Assembly: GCA_965204535.1 (NCBI GenBank)
Contig: CBDBEV010000001.1
Span: 64,001 to 128,000 of the forward strand
From: a bacterium
GTDB taxonomy: Bacteria > UBA8248
DNA length: 64,000 nucleotides
Direction: 5' to 3'
Positions within the stretch are counted from its first letter, which is position 1. Each line of letters starts with the position of its first letter. Shown here piece after piece: positions 57,440 through 64,000 of the stretch. The notes below the pieces were generated by a model. That model did not search any database, had not been told where the DNA came from, and saw only the letters and a list, made by a program, of their open reading frames with translations. Made by a program: the position numbers and the translations under genes.

Positions 57440-58795
57440 TTATGGAAGCGCCGCGCCTTGATACACGCCTTCCGCCTCATACGCCTCATCCAGCAGGACG
57501 ACGGGATGCACCACCCGAAGGTCCATGCCCCGCTCGCGGGCACCGAACGCGATTTGAATCTGACAACCTGGGTTGCCCGTACAGACCACGGGCGCTTCGG
57601 AGTCTTTCACGTGCCCCATTTTCCTGTCGAGAAGCTGCATGGAAATCTCGGTCTGCGTGAGATTGTAGCTGCCGGCGGAGCCGCAGCACCAATCGCTCTC
57701 CTTGAGAGGCACCGACTCGACATTGCGGATCGCGGAAAGAACCTCGAGCGGCTCCTTGCGCACCCTGAGCGCGTGGAAAAGATGGCAGGGGTGGTGATAC
57801 GCGATTTTCCGGGGCGAAGGGTGATGCGCCTCTCTAACGCCGATTCTCGCGAGGAACACGGTTACGTCCATCGCCTTCTCGCTGAACGCCTCGGCCCGGC
57901 TCGCGTATACGGGATCCTTCGCGAGTAAATCCCTGTATTCATGGAGCATCGCCCCGCAACCGGAAACAGCCAGGACGACCGCGTCGAACCCGCCTGTGTC
58001 GATGGCGTCCAGGTTCTCTCGCGCGAGGATTCTCGCTGCCTCCCTGTCTCCGGCATGGGCCTGCAGCGCGCCGCAGCAGGTCTGCGAGGCGGGAAACACG
58101 ACGCGCACCCCGTTCGCCGCCAAAGCGCGTATGGCGGCCCGGTTCACGTCTCCGAACAAGGTGGATTGAATGCAACCGCCGAAGAAGGCGACGCGGTATT
58201 TTTCCTCGCCGATGGGCGCAACTTCAGGAGGAAGGGCCCTCATCGAGGATACGGGCGGGGCTTCGGGCATCATGGGTTCGAGCTCGGCCAGCTTTTTGGG
58301 CAAAAGACCCAGACCCCTCACTACGTTTTTCAAGAACGTGGTCTGATACAGCCGGGTGGCCACGCCCGCCAGATTAAGCAGCGTCCTGTTCGGCAACAGC
58401 CAGCGGAAGAGGATTCTCCTCAAAATCCGAACCGAGAGTGAGCGTTTTCGCACCTTTTCGAGTCCTTCGCGCGCCGCCTCGATCAAAGAACCATAGGGCA
58501 CACCCGATGGACACGCCGTTTCGCAGGCGCGGCAATCCAGGCAGCGATCGAGGTGTTTCATGACCGTCTCGTTCGGCGCCATCTCGCCGTCCGTCACCAT
58601 GCGCATGAGATAGATTCTCCCGCGCGGGGAGTCCATCTCGTTGCCAAGCAGCGTAAAAGTAGGACAACTCGTGCCGCAGAACCCGCAGTGGATGCAGCGC
58701 TGAATCATCTCCCTGTCGGGAGCATCCGGGCCGACGAAGGGATTCTCGTATTCGGGAAAAACCTGCGCGAAACTTGTTTTTTGCTCCGTGGCCAC
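57440..58795 (-). CDS. glcF: Glycolate oxidase iron-sulfur subunit
   Basis: Two CxxCxxCxxxCP motifs and two CCG domains. Confidence 0.9.
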   Translation of the reverse strand: MATEQKTSFAQVFPEYENPFVGPDAPDREMIQRCIHCGFCGTSCPTFTLLGNEMDSPRGRIYLMRMVTDGEMAPNETVMKHLDRCLDCRACETACPSGVPYGSLIEAAREGLEKVRKRSLSVRILRRILFRWLLPNRTLLNLAGVATRLYQTTFLKNVVRGLGLLPKKLAELEPMMPEAPPVSSMRALPPEVAPIGEEKYRVAFFGGCIQSTLFGDVNRAAIRALAANGVRVVFPASQTCCGALQAHAGDREAARILARENLDAIDTGGFDAVVLAVSGCGAMLHEYRDLLAKDPVYASRAEAFSEKAMDVTVFLARIGVREAHHPSPRKIAYHHPCHLFHALRVRKEPLEVLSAIRNVESVPLKESDWCCGSAGSYNLTQTEISMQLLDRKMGHVKDSEAPVVCTGNPGCQIQIAFGARERGMDLRVVHPVVLLDEAYEAEGVYQGAALP

Positions 58796-58809
58796 TGAGG
58801 GCTTTCCTC

Positions 58810-60189
58810 CTAGGTCCGGCCCACGAAACGGCCGGGACTCAAAGTTCCCTTCGGGTCATAGGTTTTCTTGATGTTGCGCATCACCTGCAGCGCCCCGGGT
58901 TCGAGCGCGTCCTCACCCCACACGGATACCTGTTCCTTGAGCGAGTCCGGCCCCGAATCCAGGCGCAGGTGTACCGAGCGGGCCTCGCTTTCGTTCCTGC
59001 CTTCCCTGCAAAGTGAAGAGAAGACGCGCCACGCCTCAAGCGGAGAGGATTCCTCATCCTCAGGCGTTAGCCAAGAGCGCAGCACACCGCTTCCCGCGTG
59101 CGCCGATATGGCGGAGCGATATTTCCCCGCTTCAGCGGCTCGTCTCGTTGCTTCAGCGAAGCGGGGCAGCTGATCGAGACGGCCCGAGGCTCTGAGAGCA
59201 AGCACTTCGGGGCCGGAGAAATCTCCTCCCGGCGGGTCGGCCAGGGTGCGGCCTAGGCGCGAGGTCGCCTCATCATCAAGGTGAAAGATGTCGTCTCTGC
59301 CCTCTCTCGCGAGGATTTCCTCGAAGCGGGCCAATTGATCGTTCAGCCCTTCCTCAAAATCCCCGAAAGAAGCCACGAGACACACCGGGCCGGGCAAGGC
59401 GGCCCCGTCCTCTGGCGCCAGAGCGGCGATGCGCGCATCGTCCAGCACTTCTGCCCAAACGGGCATGAGGGGCGAGACCATCAGCGCCCTGGCCGCTTTG
59501 AACGCTGCGTCCGTGGACGGAAAAGAGGCCGCTCTCGCTCCAATGTGTTCGGGAGCCTTGTAGAGACGAATCGCCAGTTCGGTAACGACCGCGAGCGTCC
59601 CCCAGCTCCCCGACAAGAGGCGGTTCATGTCGTAGCCGGTGACGTTTTTCACCACCAGCGCGCCGTAGGTGTGGGTCGCGCCATCGGCCAGCGCCACCTT
59701 CATGCGCATCACGCGGTCGCGCGCCTTGCCCCAGCGCACCCGCATCGGGCCCGAACGATCCGCGATAATGGTTCCCCCCACGGTGGAGGCTCCCGGATAC
59801 GGGGGGTCGAGACCCGCCGTCTGGCCCTCGGCGCCCGTCAGCGCATCGAGCCCCTCGACGCTCATTCCCGCCTCCACAACGGCGGTAAGGTCGTCTTTCA
59901 AAAACTCCACCGCCTTCGACATACGCTCCAGCGAGAGCGCCACGTCGTACCTCTCGGGCGCATATCCCGTCCCCCTGCCCGTGCCTCCCCCCCAGGGGAA
60001 TACGGCCAAGCCCGCTTCATTCGCACGCGCGAGAACGCGGCATACGGCTTCATGGCCGGCGGGGCTCACCACGACCGAGGGCGCTTTGCCCCCCAGCCTG
60101 AACGATTCCGCTCTCTCATCCGAAAACAGAACGGAGTCGCCTAAATCTGTTTCTAAGGATTGGGCGAACGAATCGAGTTTGAGGGCCAT
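58810..60189 (-). CDS. glcE: Glycolate oxidase FAD-binding subunit
   Basis: GGGT, VVKNVTGYDMNRLLSGSWGTL and DPKGTLSPGR motifs. Confidence 0.85.
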   Translation of the reverse strand: MALKLDSFAQSLETDLGDSVLFSDERAESFRLGGKAPSVVVSPAGHEAVCRVLARANEAGLAVFPWGGGTGRGTGYAPERYDVALSLERMSKAVEFLKDDLTAVVEAGMSVEGLDALTGAEGQTAGLDPPYPGASTVGGTIIADRSGPMRVRWGKARDRVMRMKVALADGATHTYGALVVKNVTGYDMNRLLSGSWGTLAVVTELAIRLYKAPEHIGARAASFPSTDAAFKAARALMVSPLMPVWAEVLDDARIAALAPEDGAALPGPVCLVASFGDFEEGLNDQLARFEEILAREGRDDIFHLDDEATSRLGRTLADPPGGDFSGPEVLALRASGRLDQLPRFAEATRRAAEAGKYRSAISAHAGSGVLRSWLTPEDEESSPLEAWRVFSSLCREGRNESEARSVHLRLDSGPDSLKEQVSVWGEDALEPGALQVMRNIKKTYDPKGTLSPGRFVGRT

Positions 60190-60196
60190 GGGTATC

Positions 60197-61642
60197 CTAC
60201 TTCGTCATTCCCCCGCCCATCCGGGCGATGGCGCCGCTGTGAGCAACCGGGAACACGTTTTCCTCATCGGGTATGAGTTTGCCGGGGTTCATCAGGCCGT
60301 CCCCGTCGATGGCGTCGCGCACGCGCTCCATAATCTCGAGCGTGGGTTCGTCGAACTGATCCTTCATCTCCCTGATCTTCTCGATGCCGATGCCGTGCTC
60401 GCCCGAGAGCACGCCCCCGGCCCGGATGCAAGCACGAAGCACCTCCGAGCCGCACTCAATTGCCCGCTCCGTTTCTCCGGGCACCCGATCGTCGAACAAG
60501 ACGTTGGGATGCAGGCTCCCGTCTCCGGCATGAAACACGTTGGTGATGCGTAAATTATAGCGGGCGGATATCTCATCGAACTCCTCGAGCACCTGCGCCA
60601 GCTTTGAGCGGGGAACCGTGCCGTCGAGACAGTAGTAGGTAGGCGCAATGACCCCGAAGGCGCCGAACGCCTTTTTCCGGCCCATCCACAGACTCTCGCG
60701 CTCTTCTTCTGTCTGTGCGATCCGGAACGAGGAGCAATTGTTCTTCTCGCTTATCTCGCGAATGAGAGTCTCAAGCGGTTTGATGGAAGACGGCAAGCCG
60801 TCGAGTTCGATCAGCAAGACGGCCTCGGCGCCCTTGGGATAACCCGCCTTGACCACAGTCTCGACCGCCTCGATGGTGTAGCGATCCATCAACTCCATCG
60901 CGGCGGGCACGGCGCCTGCGGCAATGACGTCGCTCACCGTCCGGCACGCATCCCCCACCTGCGAGAAACAAGCGAGCATGGTGCGCACGCTCTCGGGGTT
61001 CGGCGTGAGCCGCACGGTGAGTTCCGTGATGACGGCGAACGTGCCCTCGGAACCAACGAAGAAACCGCGCAGGTCCAGACCCGGCGCATCCTCCCCGTCG
61101 GCGCCCAGATGCACCACCTCGCCCGTCGGCAAGACGACGGTCATCTCCATAATGTGGTTCGTCGTCATTCCGTATTTCAGGCAATGCGCGCCGCCGGCAT
61201 TTTCCGCCGTGTTGCCGCCGATGGTGCAGGCCGCCTGACTGGAAGGATCGGGCGCGTAATGAAAGCCGTGCGGCAGGGTCTCCCGCGACAGATGAAGGTT
61301 CACCACACCAGGCTGCACGCGCGCGAGGCGGTTAACGTAGTCGAGTTCCAGGATCCTGTTCATCCGCGTGAAGACGATGAGCACGCCGCCCGGCAGGGGC
61401 GTCGCTCCTCCCGAGAGGCCCGTGCCCGCGCCCCTGGCGATTAAAGGTACGCGGTACTCGCGGCAGATTTCGACGATTTGACGGACTTCCTCGGTGCTCT
61501 CGGGCAAAACGACGGCTGAGGGGATGCCCTTGTAAATCGTGAGGCCGTCGCAATCATACGTCCTGAGCGCTACCGGATCGGTGTGGATGAATTCCTCCCC
61601 CACGACGTCGGTCAGCTTTTGAATGAATTTAGCGCTATCCAC
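60197..61642 (-). CDS. glcD: Glycolate oxidase subunit
   Basis: ARGAGTGLSGG, APDPSSQ, ENAGGAHCLKYG, HAGDG and GEHGIG motifs; GTG start. Confidence 0.92.
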   Translation of the reverse strand: MDSAKFIQKLTDVVGEEFIHTDPVALRTYDCDGLTIYKGIPSAVVLPESTEEVRQIVEICREYRVPLIARGAGTGLSGGATPLPGGVLIVFTRMNRILELDYVNRLARVQPGVVNLHLSRETLPHGFHYAPDPSSQAACTIGGNTAENAGGAHCLKYGMTTNHIMEMTVVLPTGEVVHLGADGEDAPGLDLRGFFVGSEGTFAVITELTVRLTPNPESVRTMLACFSQVGDACRTVSDVIAAGAVPAAMELMDRYTIEAVETVVKAGYPKGAEAVLLIELDGLPSSIKPLETLIREISEKNNCSSFRIAQTEEERESLWMGRKKAFGAFGVIAPTYYCLDGTVPRSKLAQVLEEFDEISARYNLRITNVFHAGDGSLHPNVLFDDRVPGETERAIECGSEVLRACIRAGGVLSGEHGIGIEKIREMKDQFDEPTLEIMERVRDAIDGDGLMNPGKLIPDEENVFPVAHSGAIARMGGGMTK

Positions 61643-61741
61643 CTGAAAACCCTCACGGCGCTTCCTGAATGACGAAAAACCCTTTAGAGTACGCCACATT
61701 ATACCCATGCTTCGGAAAAAAACGAAGAGAAAGGCGACTTC

Positions 61742-63043
61742 TTGAGCAAATCCGGCGGTTCCATCCCGGCTTCGGGCCACTCCGCTCAGCGCGGGCGAAC
61801 AGGCGGCTTGTATTACGGATGGGTGATCGTCGGCGTATCGTTCATCACCATGGGCTTCCACATGGCGGCCACCTTTTCCTTTTCCCTGTTCCAAGTTCCC
61901 CTTATTCAGGAATTCGGCTGGAGCCGGGGCGCCTTGGGCGGCGCATTCGCCTTGAGCATGAGTCTCTACGCAATCTGCAGCCCCGCGGCAGGATCTATTT
62001 TAGAGAGAAAAGGCCCGAGAGCCCTCCTCCCCTGGGGCTCCGTCTCGATTGGGACAGGGCTCATGCTGGGCTTTTTCATCTCTTCTCTCTGGCACGCGTA
62101 TATATTCATCGGCGTCATGATCGGCGTGGGGCTTGCATTGAGTGGGTTCGTAACGCTCAACGCGCTCATGCCGCGATGGTTTTTCAGAAACCGTGGGCTG
62201 GCGGCGGGCATCGCCATCTCGGGCATCGGCATCGGCTCTTTCATCCTGATGCCCACCATCGAGAGACTCATTACCGTCTTCGGCTGGCGCTACGCCTACC
62301 TGATTTTCGGCGCTTCGATACTTCTCATCGTCCTGCCACTCAAACTGCTCCTGCTCAGAAACGCTCCCTCCGACGTGGGTCAGAACATCGACGGCGTATC
62401 GGACGCGGAGGCCGCCGGGTTTCCGAAACCCACCGCATCCCCTTCGCAGAAAGTGGGAGAAGTGTTCGGGCTGATGAAGAGGGAGAGGAACTTCTGGGCG
62501 TTGATGATCATCGCTTTTGTCATCGGCCTGAACAACAATTCTATCTGGAGCCAGCTTCAGATATTCTTCGTCGATGCGAATTTCAGCACCGCATTCGGTG
62601 CTTTCGTTTTCGGGCTTACCGGCGCAATCCGAATTCTGGGCAGCATCGTTCTTGGTTGGGCAAGCGACCGGATCGCGCGCAAAATGGCTCAGGCCATCGC
62701 CCTTTTCCTGTCGGGACTCGGCGTCCTCGTCTTGCTTTCCGTCCCACATTTTAACAACGGCGTCGTTCTCGCATTCATGTTCGCCGCCATCTACGGCTTC
62801 GGCGTCGGCGGCATGTCGGCCTGCTATGCGGCCATGTGCGCGGACGCCTACGCCGGACGCTCGTTCGCCGTCATCATGGGGTTGCTGGAAATCGCGTTCG
62901 GTCTCGGGGGATTCGTCGGCCCCCCGATGGCGGGCTTCATGTTCGACTTCACGGGAAGCTATGTTCTGCCCTTCTGCCTCGTGGTTCTCTTACAGGTGCT
63001 TGCGCTCATTGTCTGTCAGTTCGTCTACAGCACTGAGAGATAA
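61742..63043 (+). CDS. MFS transporter (OFA/MCT-like)
   Basis: YYGWVIV, EFGWSR, RWF..NRGLA and GWASDR motifs. Confidence 0.9.
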   Translation: MSKSGGSIPASGHSAQRGRTGGLYYGWVIVGVSFITMGFHMAATFSFSLFQVPLIQEFGWSRGALGGAFALSMSLYAICSPAAGSILERKGPRALLPWGSVSIGTGLMLGFFISSLWHAYIFIGVMIGVGLALSGFVTLNALMPRWFFRNRGLAAGIAISGIGIGSFILMPTIERLITVFGWRYAYLIFGASILLIVLPLKLLLLRNAPSDVGQNIDGVSDAEAAGFPKPTASPSQKVGEVFGLMKRERNFWALMIIAFVIGLNNNSIWSQLQIFFVDANFSTAFGAFVFGLTGAIRILGSIVLGWASDRIARKMAQAIALFLSGLGVLVLLSVPHFNNGVVLAFMFAAIYGFGVGGMSACYAAMCADAYAGRSFAVIMGLLEIAFGLGGFVGPPMAGFMFDFTGSYVLPFCLVVLLQVLALIVCQFVYSTER

Positions 63044-63053
63044 AACCCATCTT

Positions 63054-64000
63054 ATGATACCCAGAAAAACCACCCCTCCCTGGATTTATTATGGGTGGGT
63101 AATCGTCGGCACGTCCTTCACCGCCATGGCGTTTCATCAAACGGCGCGCTTTTCATTTTCCATCTTTCAGGTTCCGCTGATCCAGGAATTCGGCTGGGGG
63201 CGCGGCGCCTTGGGCGGGGCATACGCTCTGATGCTGGGCAGCTATGCGCTATTGAGCCCCATCGCGGGAAACCTGTTCGACAAAAAAGGAGCGCGGACGG
63301 TCATGCCCTGGGGTTCGGTGTTTGTAGGCGTAGGCTTCACCCTGGCCTATTTCATCAGCGACCTATGGCACGTCTACCTGGTTCCTTGCCTGTTCGTGGG
63401 AATCGGAATGGCGCTGAGCGGCTTTGCGATGCACAGCGCCCTCATGCCTCGGTGGTTTCAGAAAAAGCGCGGCCTCGCCACGGGGTTGGCCCTCTCGGGC
63501 AGCGGGACGGGAATCCTGCTGTTCATCCCCCTTATTGAATGGCTCATCTCCTCCCAAGGCTGGCGCCTGACTTATCTGATTTTCGGTCTGGCCATCCTTT
63601 GCATCGTCGTCCCCCTGACTGCATTGCTGCTCCGAAGAGGACCCGAAGAAGTGGGGCAATACCTTGACGGAGAATCCGAGCCTCGCGCCCATCCACCGTC
63701 CAGAGCAAGCGAAAAATCGCAGAGTCCGCCTTTGCTCAAGGTGTTTCGGCAGGTCCGCCGGAAAAAGAACTTCTGGACGCTACTCATCGTCGTCTTCTTC
63801 ATGGGGCTGAACAACAACTCTATTTTGAGCCAACTCCAGCTTTTTCTGGTGGACGCCGAATACAGCACGGCTCTGGCGGCTTTTTTCTTCGGGATGCTGG
63901 GCGCGATCCGGATGCTCGCCACGTTTTCCATGGGCTGGCTGAGCGATATCATCGGTCGGCAGCGCGCCCAGGCGCTTTCGTCTTTAATGACAATTTGCGG
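63054..64000 (+). CDS. MFS transporter, tandem paralog of the previous gene; runs off the window
   Basis: Not in the ORF track. Manual translation MIPRKTTPPWIYYGWVIVGTSF...FSIFQVPLIQEFGW parallels 61742-63043. Confidence 0.88.
   Translation, partial: MIPRKTTPPWIYYGWVIVGTSFTAMAFHQTARFSFSIFQVPLIQEFGWGRGALGGAYALMLGSYALLSPIAGNLFDKKGARTVMPWGSVFVGVGFTLAYFISDLWHVYLVPCLFVGIGMALSGFAMHSALMPRWFQKKRGLATGLALSGSGTGILLFIPLIEWLISSQGWRLTYLIFGLAILCIVVPLTALLLRRGPEEVGQYLDGESEPRAHPPSRASEKSQSPPLLKVFRQVRRKKNFWTLLIVVFFMGLNNNSILSQLQLFLVDAEYSTALAAFFFGMLGAIRMLATFSMGWLSDIIGRQRAQALSSLMTIC

Overview
This is a GC-rich bacterial chromosomal window of metabolic genes, with no rRNA, tRNA, CRISPR array or transposase that I could see. 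The main result is three selenoproteins that the ORF track splits at in-frame UGA codons: GrdA (10305-10757), a GrdB-family subunit (5891-7207) and a standalone iodothyronine-deiodinase-like protein (41714-42352). GrdA and GrdB sit in an atypical glycine/sarcosine/betaine-reductase-like operon (SDR-grdC-grdA-grdE-[AT-rich PIN island]-grdB). This operon has no grdD or thioredoxin genes in the window, GrdB reads UxxGxxS instead of UxxCxxC, and GrdE lacks the pyruvoyl-forming Cys. It lies next to DmdA-like and dimethylglycine-dehydrogenase-like genes. Other points of interest are a complete unannotated transcription unit for a 31-aa basic peptide or sRNA, a DnaA-box cluster (candidate oriC), and nested MITE-like units carrying REP palindromes, one with a 5-bp target duplication. 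There is also an AtzD/barbiturase-family cluster, four MmgE/PrpD paralogs and a cysS/potD-like deletion scar. The remainder is ordinary: leuA, rsmD, 2-oxoacid dehydrogenase E1/E2, pepA, mqnD, prpB, glcDEF and MFS transporters. All product calls come from recognising motifs by eye, not from database searches.
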